This document shows positions 13,001-26,898 of a stretch of 45,324 nt of DNA, piece by piece. The stretch is from Piromyces finnis finn (taxonomy: Eukaryota > Fungi > Neocallimastigomycota), in NCBI GenBank assembly GCA_002104945.1, contig MCFH01000110.1:1-45324 (forward strand), in the 5' to 3' direction. The position numbers and the translations under genes were made by a program. Numbering within the stretch: position 1 is the stretch's first letter; every line of letters begins with the position of its first letter. The notes below the pieces were generated by a model, which did not search any database, had not been told where the DNA came from, and worked only from the letters and a program-made list of their open reading frames with translations.

Positions 13001-13650
13001 TAGACGAAGATGGTGATGAAATTGATGGATTAGATGAATCAATACTTCCTGTTGATTATGAAACGAATGGTGTTATCTTAGATGATGAGATTCATGATTT
13101 ATTAGTTAAACCATTACCAAAGGGTTGCTTATTAACCGCATTAGCAGATTGTTGTCATTCTGGAACAGTTTTAGATTTACCCTATAGTTATAATAGTGAT
13201 GGTGAACTTGAATGTATTGACGATATGGATAGACAACATAAAGAAATTTCCAAAGAATATTTATCTAATGAAGTCTATAAAAAAAATAAAATGGTACAAA
13301 ATTTAATAAATAGAAATACTTCACCACCGCCTATTTATTTATCATTGAGAGAAAGAAGTACAATCGACAGCTATATTAAACAAACCAGAAAATCCAGTGC
13401 TAATGTCATCCAATATAGTAGTTGTCGGGATAATGAAATTTCAGCGGATGAAAGGGCCAATGGAAATAATTATGGTGCATTATGTAATGCTTTTGTATCC
13501 ACCTTAACAAATCTTATACTTGAAGAAAAGACCATTAGTTATTGTGAATTATTAAAGGAATTAACAAGTATAATTCAAAAAAGATATGGTCAAACACCAC
13601 AGTTGACTACTGGTAGACCAATGGATGTTCATCAACCTTTTGAAATATAG
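10008..13650 (+). CDS. MCA1: Type I metacaspase (peptidase C14) with very long N-terminal extension, ~880 aa; 4 exons: 10008-10488, 11167-12216, 12441-12624, 12723-13650
   Basis: The catalytic domain is clear: RKALLIGINY, LHGCINDA, FFHYSGHG (His), DCCHSGTVLDLP (Cys) and QTPQLT. Upstream ORFs 10008, 11490 and 12461 join through GT-AG introns in matching phases (1, 1, 2), with an open frame from 11167. Joining of exon 1 across the 678-nt intron is the least certain part. Confidence 0.85.
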
Positions 13651-14730
13651 TTTTATTATCATCACTCATTAAAAATAAAAAAAAAATTAATAAAGAAAAA
13701 AAAATCACGAATAAAAAATAATAAATTACCAAAAAAAAAAAAAAACAAAAAAAACAAAAAAAAAAACAAAATTAGAACTGAATAAATCAACAGAATATGA
13801 AAAAAGAAGAAGAAGAAAAAAAAAAAAATTCAAAAAACATAAGAAATAATTTAAATACAGAATAAAAAATAAAATCAAACCCTTTCAAATCAGAAAATAT
13901 TAATACTAATGCTAATTTAAAAGGGAATATTAAGTAAAATAAAATAAAATAAAATAATAATAATAATAAAAAAAAACAATAAAACTAAACGATACCAATT
14001 CTATAAGCAATAATAATATACACTATATAATATATAATGAAATATTTAATTCATTAAAGAAAAGAAAACAAATCCTTCTTTTTCTTGAAATAAATAATAA
14101 AATAAAAACAAATATTTTATTATTGTGTTTTTTTTTTAAATTATAGAATTGTAAATCAATTAATATTATATACTAAAATTACCACCTATTATATAATATT
14201 ATGTTATTAAGCAACATACGAGCAAACAAACAACCAAGCAATAACAAAACAACAATTTCAATAATAATAATAGCCTATATGATGATTTTATATTATATAT
14301 ATATTTATTTATTTATTTATATAAAAAAAAGCTATATATATTTTTATGCAAATGTCATAGCTAAAACAGTATAATTTAAATAATAAAAAAAAAGAAATAG
14401 ATAGAATTTTTTTTTATTTATTTATTTTTAAACATTTTAATAATAGAAAATGAGAATTATTTATATTAATTCAAGTATTAAAAATTAAAAAAGATAATCA
14501 TTATAAATATGTTACTTGAATTAATATTAAATAATTGTTATTATTATTTTTTTTTTATTATTATTATATATATATATATATTTATAACTTATTAATATTT
14601 CAATTATATCATAATATATATATATATATATATTTTATAATTTAACCATAATTAAAAAAAAAAAAAAAAAAAAAAAAGAAATAGATTATTATATAGCATA
14701 TTATCATTTATCTTCAACATTTTACACGAG

Positions 14731-14764
<34 letters not shown>

Positions 14765-14934
14765 TAACAACAAAATAAAATTTATATATTTATATGTACA
14801 TTAGAAAAAAAAAAAAAAAAAAAAAAAAGGAAGAAAAATCAAGTCTTTTGTTTTTAAAAATTTCGAGTTTATTTTATTATTCTTATTCTTATTATTCAAT
14901 ATATAATATATTTTATAAATATCGATTAAGTAAT

Positions 14935-16222
14935 TTATGCTGGGGGATAAAATGCAGTAAATAAAACAACTCCGATAATACCATAAAATATAAAATAGTA
15001 TAGGATAATATAACCCCAATTCTTATTATTCAAATGTTTTTTATCTTTAATTAAAGATTCATCATGATTATAAATAAGCCATGCGATAAACCAATATAAG
15101 GTTGGAACGGATGAAAAAAATCGAGTAATGACTTGAATATGCATAGAGGTACAGCAATAAAGTAGTAAAAATGCCCATAAAATGATATGTGGTAAAAGAT
15201 AATTTGAATAATAAGTTTTTGAGTAAGCATTCTTTTTCTTTTCATTACCTTTTTATTAGCGATTTATTTTATATTTAAAATATAATTAGATATATATGTA
15301 TGCATTTTAAGGTTAATATATTCATGTTAGTTAAAAATTTATTTTTTTTTATAGAGATTAAATAGATGAATGCATAAGAAAGAATATTAAAATTATTTAC
15401 TTTCAATTAAACCAAGTGTAACTATTCTTTTCCAATCATATTTACAATAAGAGAGTATACCCCAGGAGGATACTATAATCATTGGGATAGCTAAGAAAAA
15501 ATTTGGAATATTATTAAATGTATAATATCTTAAAAAACCACAATTCCTATATTCATAGATACATTTTTAAAATTAATATGTATATGTTAGGATATATATA
15601 CTTTAGATAATAAGCTAAATATTTTAATTTTTTTTTTCTATACTAATATTATATAAAATACTTTACCAATATTCAATTTGAACAAAAGAATAAAGTAATG
15701 GTAATTTATTTTCACACCATGGTCTTATAAAATCACCATTTTCATTCTTAATATCTAAACAAAACTTTTTATAGCAGGAAAATTGATAAAAAACAAGACT
15801 TGAAATGACAATGCATGAATAAACAACAAACTTTCCTATACTTTTCAGTAATCTTTTTATATTGATAGTATCAAGTTTTGAATTGATAGTTTTATTGACA
15901 ATAATATGATAAGTATTATTTATAATTTTTTTAAATTCACTACTTTTTAACATTTCATAACCGAAAAATCCGACATAGGTAATGGCATTAGAACGAGTAA
16001 GGGTGGTTAACATCCATACAAGAGCAGCTTGGAAATATTTTTTATCTACCATTTTTTCCATTCCATAAAAAGTTAGAAATGCAAATAAGCTTTCTGTATA
16101 ACTTTAAAAATATAATATATATTATATATATAAGGAAAAGAAAATTATTGCTAAATTAAAAAAAATTGAAATTGAAATTTTAATTTCAAAATCATTGCCC
16201 CTTTTTTATCATTTAAAATAGT

Positions 16223-16270
<48 letters not shown>

Positions 16271-16606
16271 GCAAATATTATATTTATATTTTACTAATGC
16301 TTACACTGCAGTTGAAAACATTCCTGAAGGTGTTAAACAATAACAGATTGCTGCAATTCTTGAAAATTTTTCATCTTTGAAAATTTTAATTCCTAACTTA
16401 TATAAAGTTATGGTTGCTAATACAAAAGAAACATTGACAATTAACACTCCTGATATAAGCAAAACACTTTTATAATTTAAAATATATTGTAAAGGGTATA
16501 ATACTTTTATATAAAATTATAAATACAAAAAAATGAATATATATAATTTATATTAATAGTAAATAAGAAAAGAAAAGAATAATTAGTAATAATACATTTT
16601 AATGTT

Positions 16607-16692
<86 letters not shown>

Positions 16693-17042
16693 GAATAATG
16701 TGTTTTACTTGAATTAGACAAAAATCTCATCATATATGGTAAGAATGGAAAGAATGCAGTTTCTTGCTCATAGACATAACCATTTTCTGCGATATGATAG
16801 AAAAAAAAGGAATCCCACCTTATAAATACACCAAATAATTTTATAACTAAATGGTCTAAATATGAATAGTTTTGTTGTTTATCAGACAAAATTAAGGAAG
16901 CGGAAGAGTCATGTTCATTAACAAAGATTTTTGATATTAGTGCTATTATCCATATTAAACAACGTGACTGTATTGCATATTTTATTATTGTTTTTATTTT
17001 TATTTTATTTTTTGGGATTGAAATTTCATTCAATATATCCAT
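14935..17042 (-). CDS. GPI18: GPI mannosyltransferase II (PIG-V/Gpi18), 5 exons: 17042-16709, 16503-16305, 16101-15667, 15546-15401, 15248-14935
   Basis: Motifs RWDSFFF..IAENGY.YEQETAFFPFLP, YTESLFAFL, TRSNAI, WCENKLPLLYSFVQ.EYWNCGFLRYY and MHIQVITRFFSSVP.LYW; multiple hydrophobic segments. Confidence 0.94.
16611..16691. repeat. (AAT)n microsatellite, ~27 units, in PIG-V intron 1
   Basis: Read directly; it produces the poly-Leu tail of ORF 16605..17042. Confidence 0.97.
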
Positions 17043-17377
17043 TGTATTTTGTTATTTTTATTTACACAAAATGTTTTAAAGTTTTTTAAAAATGTTTTTA
17101 ATTATTTAAAAAAAAAAAAAATGAAGACCTTTGTTTTTATATTTAATTTTATTATTTCTTTTTCTATATTTATATTGTAAAACAAAAAAAAAACAAACTA
17201 ATTATTCATGGTTATAATTTCTATTTCTTTTTTAAAGATGTATAGTAATTATTTATTTATTTTTTTCATTTTACTATGAAAAAGAAAAAAAGAAAAAATT
17301 AAAAATAAACTAAACTTTTTTTATTTTTGATGACTATCCTTTGGAGACAAAATCAAAAACTTGATATAAAAATGGAT

Positions 17378-17399
17378 CACACATGAAATACATGTGATC
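17378..17399. promoter_or_regulatory. Inverted pair of E-box variants CACATG-N5-CATGTG in the PIG-V/CUE1 divergent promoter
   Basis: CACATG at 17380-17385 and CATGTG at 17391-17396. Confidence 0.35.
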
Positions 17400-17710
17400 T
17401 AACGAATAATTAAAAGACATATTTTTTATTGCAGAAAAATTAATATTAAAATTTCATTTTTTTTTTACTTTGCTATGAAAGTTCTCTCTCTTTTTTTTTT
17501 TTTTTTAATTTTTAAATAAATATTAAAGTAAAATAAATTAAAAGTAGGTAACAACAATATATATATTTATTATTAATAAAGTGAATACTATAAATAATAC
17601 ATTTCAACTATATAATTAAACATTTAATAAATATTCATTTCTATTTTATTAAATATGTATATAATAAAGTAGCTAATTTAATAACAACCAAAAAATAATA
17701 AAAAATAAAC

Positions 17711-18290
17711 ATGGCCGACGCTATAAACATCATTATTGGTTTAGTAATTTTCTTCTTTATTTTCAAATTATTATTTGGTATGTAAAAATTAGAAGAAATA
17801 AATTATAATAAAAACATTTTAAAAGTAGAATTGTCATTTGTAATAATTAAAAAATGGGTTAATAATAATCATTAGTTTAATATAAAACTTTTGAATATAT
17901 GTATTATTATTGTTATTATTTTTTTTTTAAAAGAAAAAGTTTAAAATAAATTTTGAAAAGTACCGATTAAAATTAAATAAATACTAACATATATTTATAA
18001 AATTTTATATAAATTTCTTATTGACTTTATATTCAATTTTTTAAAAATTTTAAACATAAATAATCAATCCATCAATAAACCTATATAAAAAACATTCCAT
18101 TAAAAAAATGGTTTTCATTATTATATTAATATATGTTCGAAAATTTCAATATAACGTTTAATTTTTTTTTATAAATGAATAAATAAATAATTGGTATTTG
18201 CAGGAAGATCAGAGAATGGAAATGAAGCAAGAAATGGTAGAGGAAGACACCTTGTTAATCCTGAAGATGTAAATAGATTTATCATTTTAT

Positions 18291-18325
<35 letters not shown>

Positions 18326-19089
18326 CAATAATAAAAGCTTTATTAAAACCATTACATAAAATATAATTAAATTATTAATTTTATCATGTTTATATTATTA
18401 ATAATAATTCAAATTTTAAATATTGTTTTTTGCAAATTAAAAAAAAAAAATAGGTGACAACAATAAATTCAATGTTCCCACAAATTCCAAGATCTGCTAT
18501 TGAAGCTGATCTTGCCAGAACTGGAAGTGTTAATAGTACTTGTGAAAGAATATTATCAGGAGAAATTGTTATTGTAAATAATACTATAAAAACTATCTGT
18601 TCCTATACTATTTTAATAGTAGAAATAATAATATAGCAAATATTAACTATTATCAAATAATTTTTTTTTCTTTTTATAAATTAAAATTTATAAATTCATT
18701 ATTATCAGCCACCTGAACCAGTTGCTGCTGCTTCTCCATTCAATGATTCAAATAGTAAATCACCTTTATTAAGTAAAAATACTTTAAAAGATGTCAATTT
18801 AAATAATCCAATTGAAGAACCAGAAAAGATTTGGAAGAAAACTTCAGAAGAAAGACAAGTTGACTTTTCAAAGAGAAAGTTATATATGTATCAACAAGCA
18901 AGAAAGTAAATTGATTTTTTTTTTATTATTATTATTATTTTTAGGCCCCCCCCATTTATTAAATTACTATATTGAATATAAGAAAATAATTATTAAACTA
19001 TAAATATACATTTTAATATTTTTTTTAATAGGAGATTCTTGGAAAACAAAGAAAAGCAAAAGGAAGCTGATGCCGCCGATAATGAATAA
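17711..19089 (+). CDS. CUE1: ER membrane CUE-domain ubiquitin-binding protein (Cue1/Cue4-like ERAD factor), 5 exons: 17711-17777, 18204-18268, 18454-18573, 18709-18905, 19032-19089
   Basis: N-terminal TM anchor (IIIGLVIFFFIFKLLF), CUE domain (INSMFPQIPRSAIEADLARTGSVNSTCERIL) and a C-terminal Ubc7-binding-like helix (W..TSEERQ..FSKRK..MYQQARKRF). Confidence 0.85.
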
Positions 19090-19997
19090 ATAAAATAATA
19101 GACCATTAAATTATATTTAATTTTAATCAACAAAAGTATACTTATTTATATATTATATATAGGATTAAAAAACATGTTTTTAAAAACGTAGAAAAATAAC
19201 AATAAAAATAATAATAAAATAAATAAAAAAATAAAAATAAATAAATAAGAATAATAATAATAAAAAAAAAAAAAAAGTAAAATAAAATAAAAATTATAAA
19301 AAATGAAATAAAAAAAAAAAAACAATTTCAGATAAAAGTCAAAATTTTAAATGAGAGAAAACAAAGTAATATTAGTATGATATCCTATGAAAGATAAAAT
19401 TTATAATTATATATTATTATATAATATATACATTATTATATTTATATTTTTCCCTTTATAAAGTGATTATAATTCTATAAAATTAGGATGGAATGCTTAT
19501 ACCAAAGTAAATTGGTTTAATATCTTGTTTTTTTTTTTTTATTATTATTATTATGACTTTATTATAGTTTATATGAGATATTATTTTTTTATTTTTTATT
19601 TTTTATATATATAAAATACAGAAATAATAATATTATATTAAAGATTCGGTTTTGAAATTGAAATAACAATAATAAAAGGATATATGAAATTTTTTTAGTA
19701 TTTTTTTTTTTTTTATTATTATTTAAAAAAAATTCTATAGTTATAAATAAAAATAAAAATAAATATTATATTACTAGAAAAAAAGAAAATATATATATTT
19801 TTAAAAGTATCATTAATAAAAGAGAGAGAAAAATAAAAAAAAAAAAAAAAATCTTTTTTCATCATTGTTATTATTTCAATATTTAATATATATAATGCTA
19901 AATGTAATTAATTTATATCCATGATAATTTTTTGTTTCGTATTTTTTTTTTTTTTTTTTTAATTTGATTCTTTAAAAAAAAAAAGAAATAAATAAAC

Positions 19998-22204
<2,207 letters not shown>

Positions 22205-22777
22205 TGTTTAATTAAATTATTTATTTTTTTTATATAGAAATAAATCTCAAATGTATTTTTTTTTTAACTTTTACAAAAATTTATATTTATTGAATATGTC
22301 GACTATCTTTTAATAAATATTTCGAAATTTTTTATGAAATATATTTTTATTTAAATATTGGTGAGGTGTTGAGAGAGGTATATTGAAGTAGTATTATATT
22401 TGTATCTATATTTTTTAAAGGTATTTCGAACCAACACTGTAAAAGTAATAACTTTTAAAATTGATTCTTTCTATAATCCTGATATTATTGATAAGAATAT
22501 TAGGTAAAAATGGAATAAATAAATAAATAAATAAAAAATGATAATAATAATGAATATTGAAATTATAAGAAAAGTATATATTTGTTTTTTTTTATTAAAA
22601 AAAATATTTAAATAATAAAATTATACAAAAAAAAAAAAGAAAAGAAAAAGAAAAGAAATTGAAACTTTTTCTTTTTTTTTTTTTTACAAAGTAAAATTTT
22701 ATCTATAAATACTATAATCCATTAAAAAAAAAAAAATGTATAAAAATGAAATTATATTTTAAAATTTTTAGATTTTG

Positions 22778-22793
22778 AGCCAATCATCCAATT
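22778..22793. promoter_or_regulatory. Tandem CCAAT boxes (AGCCAATCATCCAATTA) upstream of RPC34; a similar doublet lies at 23779-23795 upstream of TauE
   Basis: The first box of each doublet matches the NF-Y/HAP consensus CCAATCA. Function is inferred. Confidence 0.4.
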
Positions 22794-24669
22794 ATTTTTA
22801 TAATTGATTTATATTCTTAAATAGTAAAAAACTTTACCAGAAAAAAAGGCCTATTCTGCTAAAATGCAACAGACTAGCATAATGATAATGAAAGTTAATA
22901 AACAATAAATAATACTGATTTAGTTATTATTATTTATGGTATTAACAATAAATTTTTGTTTTTTTAAAAATAAATTAGTATTTAATACTATTTAAATTAG
23001 TGTGTTCTATAAAAAAATTTTTTTTTAATCTTTTTATATGTCATCATTATCATACTAGATACACGTGTGTTTTATGTATTTCAACATAAATTTAATTAAA
23101 TTTAGAATTAAATCTATTCAAAAGGTTGTTTATTTTTTTTCCGCTTGTTATTATTAAATATTTTAAATATTACCGTTTTTAACCGTACTGTGTTGATTTT
23201 AAATAGTTTAAATGTTTTAAATAATAAGGTAAGATAGATATTTGTTTATTAATATTATTGTATTTCTTTTTTTTTTTATCATAGTTAATCTAATATAATA
23301 TATATATATTTAATATCTTTTCTAATAATATATGCGTCAATCCGAATTTATTATCACTACTATTTTATTTTATAAAATTATAAAGGAATAATCAATTATA
23401 AAAGTTTATTTTTTTATAAATTGATGGAATGCTTATTTTTTTTTTTTACTTGTTATCTCAAAGTTGCTCTTTTTTTTTAACAAAAAAAAAAAAACAAAGT
23501 TCATTTATTATAAATAACTAGTTTCTTTTTTTTTTTTCCTTTTATTAATTCAAAATTAAATTAAATTCTATCAATTATATTATCATCATTGCCTTAAATA
23601 TGAATAATTAATACCTTCTAATTCAAATAATATAAAATAAAAGAATAATTAGCATATTAACTCTATTGCATATAAAATGCTATTAATATTATTAGCTTTT
23701 TTCATTTAATTTAGATCCATAAATAGTTTTTATTTTATATTCCAGAGGTTAATTAAGTAGAAATGTTTAATTACATTTGCCAATCACAGCCAATTATCTA
23801 TTTGAAATTAAAAAGTGGAAAATAATATGATTTTTTAATTTAAATCCTACCAAAATTTTGAATTAATAAAAGTCAACTTGAAAAAAAAAAAAAAAGTTAT
23901 TAAACTTTTAACATTAAAAGGTTTTTTTTTTTTTTCTTTTTTCATTTTTCCCATCTTTTTTTTTTTTTTTACTTTGAATATTTTATTATAATTTTATTTT
24001 TCTTTTTTTTTTTTTATTAAGAAAAGAAAAACATAAAAAACTTGCTCATTTTATTATGTTTAAAGGAGTAAGAAAATAATAAATATTTTATAAAAAAAAA
24101 AAAACATTGTTAAAAACTTTTAATAATAAAAGACATTTATTCTTTTTAACAATTAAAAGGTTTATTTCTAGTTTTGAATAAACTTTAATTTTTTGACGAA
24201 AAAATTAAATTGTATAAAGAGAATAAATAAATAATAAAAATAAAATAAATGATATTTTTATCTAAAGCTAAGGTCAAATTTAAAGGATTAATACCAAAAA
24301 AGTTATAAAAAAAAAAAAAAAAATACACATCCATGAAAGTAATTTAAAATATAAAGCTTTTTTTATTACTTTATTTTCAATTTCTTTAATAACAACAGAA
24401 TTTTTTTTTTAAAAAAAAAAAAAAAAGCAACCCAAAAATTTAAAGTGAAATAGACTATTACAGAAAAGAAGAGTATTATTGATATTGCTTTTATTTTTAT
24501 AAATAATATTAAAAATCGATTTCCATTTAAATGAAATAAAAAGTTAATACCACACACAATTTTTTAAATAGATACTCTTTACTATTTGCATTTCATAAAG
24601 TATGAAAAGAAAATTTTGAGTCAACTTTTTTTTTTTACAATAAATAAAACAAATAAAGCAACAATCCTA

Positions 24670-24704
24670 ACAACAATAATAAATAAATAAATAAATAAAT
24701 AATA

Positions 24705-24743
<39 letters not shown>

Positions 24744-24746
24744 GCA

Positions 24747-24786
<40 letters not shown>

Positions 24787-24848
24787 GCAAATAATAATAA
24801 TAGCAAATAATAATAATATAGAATTATTAAAAGAAAAATAAATAAATA
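24670..24848. repeat. Compound (AAAT)n/(AAT)n microsatellite with three AGCAAAT interruptions, directly upstream of the TauE start codon
   Basis: Read directly; TAGCAAATAATAATA occurs three times. Confidence 0.9.
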
Positions 24849-24849
24849 A

Positions 24850-25701
24850 ATGGAAACAATTATTTTTAGAATAATAGTTATTTCAGTAGTATTAATAGCA
24901 ACCTTTCTCGGTTCCCTATGTGGTATTGGAGGGGGGGTTATTATTAAGCCTGTATTAGACGCTGTAAATAAATTTACACCATTCCAAATAGCAGTGATAT
25001 CAATGCTATGTGTATTAACCACAAGTTTAACCTCTGTTATAAAACATATACATTATAAAACAAAAATAAAATTAAAAGAATCAATTTCTTTAGCTATTGG
25101 AAGTATTATTGGTGGTGTATTGGGAGCTTTTCTATTTGATATAATTAAAAAATGGATTATAGATACTATACCTGAAAAAGGGAGTGATATTATTGTTATC
25201 ATTCAAAATTCAGGGATAGCCTTTTTCATGATACTAGTTCTTTTCTACTTATTAGTATTAAAGCCAAAAGGAATTAGTTTTCATTTAGATAGTTTAATCA
25301 TTACTGGTATTATTGGTTTATTTTTAGGAATGATATCCGTATTCTTGGATATTGGTGGCGGAGCAATTAATGTATGCCTTTTTATCCTATTATTTACTAT
25401 GAATGTCAAGTCGGCGTCCGTGGATTCACTATTAGTCATCGTATTTTCTCAGACAACAAAAGTAATACAATATGCCATTATTGGTAATTTTAAAAAAAAT
25501 GTTTTATTTGATGATACATTACCATGGTGGTTATTTGTTATTATTATTGCTGTTAGTGTGTTGACAGGATTAATTGGATCACACATCAATCATAAAATTG
25601 AATCAAACTATGTTGATATTGCCTATAGTTTTTCTATTGTGGCTATTATTTTATTATCAGGATACAATATTATTGTAAGATCTGTGTATTTAAGTCAATA
25701 A
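24850..25701 (+). CDS. TauE/SafE (TSUP, DUF81) sulfite-exporter-family membrane transporter, intronless, bacterial (Firmicutes-like) type, 283 aa
   Basis: Two internal repeats carry the family signature (GSLCGIGGGVIIKPVLD and FLDIGGGAINV), plus SLLVIVFSQ and about 8 hydrophobic helices. No introns. Confidence 0.9.
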   Translation: METIIFRIIVISVVLIATFLGSLCGIGGGVIIKPVLDAVNKFTPFQIAVISMLCVLTTSLTSVIKHIHYKTKIKLKESISLAIGSIIGGVLGAFLFDIIKKWIIDTIPEKGSDIIVIIQNSGIAFFMILVLFYLLVLKPKGISFHLDSLIITGIIGLFLGMISVFLDIGGGAINVCLFILLFTMNVKSASVDSLLVIVFSQTTKVIQYAIIGNFKKNVLFDDTLPWWLFVIIIAVSVLTGLIGSHINHKIESNYVDIAYSFSIVAIILLSGYNIIVRSVYLSQ

Positions 25702-25803
25702 ATTTAATACCATTCTACTCATGTCAAACAACTCAACCCATGGAAAAGAATAACATATAATTTATTCATACTCACAAAATTTCATAAAATAATTTATTAT
25801 TTA

Positions 25804-25834
<31 letters not shown>

Positions 25835-26648
25835 TGAAAAGCAAATATAAACTATATATTAACTATAGGATAATATTTTTTTTTAAGAAATTTTGATAAT
25901 TATAGATAACTTCATAGTTATATATAGACTTAATCGTAAAAATAGTTATTATATTATTCCCTTCATGATTAGTAAAAAAAAAAAAAAAAAAAAAAAACTC
26001 TCTTTTTTTTAAATAATATTTTTAAAAATCAAAAATCCTAAAAAAAAAAAAAAAAAAATCTATTATTATTATGATTTTTTTTTTCCCCCTTATTATTATT
26101 TTCCTTATATACCCATAATAAAAGTATATATGTATATATAAATAAAAAATTAATTATCTCTATAATGTTTGAAAAAAAAAAAAAAAAAGATTATGAAATA
26201 AAAAATATATAGTATAATAAATAATATAATAATTCATAATACCTAATATTCTAAATACTAATAATTATATAATAATAAAAAAAAGCATAATAATATTATT
26301 AATCATCATATTAATAATAGTATCATCATACCACTACTACTACTACTAATAATAATAAAGATACTTTTTTTTTTTTTTGTATGTATGTGTATTTTGGTGA
26401 ATGGTGTAAAATTTTAAATTTCAAAAGGGTGTTTGTTTTAAAAAAATTTTTATATCTTTTAATTGTTCATATTAAAATGAGTATTGTTTTAAAAGTTTTT
26501 TTTTTTTTATTATTATTATTTATTTAATAGATTCTTCTTGTAGATATAAAATACAAATTACAATAGATAAAGCCATTAAAACCACTTTTTAAATTTCTTT
26601 TTAAAAAAAAATTGTAAAAGTTTACAAAAGTTTACATTAAAAACCAAA

Positions 26649-26733
26649 TATAAAAAAAAAAAAAAAATAAAAAAAAATAAATATAAATTATATAAAAAAA
26701 AAAAAAAAAATAAAAAAAAATAAATATAAATTA
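26649..26733. repeat. Two-copy 42/43-bp tandem duplication (TAT-A16/17-T-A9-TAAATATAAATTA)
   Basis: Units 26649-26690 and 26691-26733 differ only by one A. Confidence 0.85.
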
Positions 26734-26898
26734 TATAAATAAATAAAAAAAAAATAAAATAAATAATATGTTAAAAAAATGTCCTTTTAATTTAGTGGAT
26801 TTGCGTAGATAATATATATATATGTAAAAAGATCTATTGGAGAGATGATGTAGTTTATCATGTTTTTTTTTTTTTTTTTTTCTCTTTAGTTTGTTTGT

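Noticed and set aside
24621-25022. Many short ORF-track entries with poly-F/K/I/Y/L/V (e.g. 24621..25022, 42685..42870, 9276..9476, 33537..33737)
   Set aside because: They are translations of homopolymers or microsatellites, or antisense shadows of real exons.
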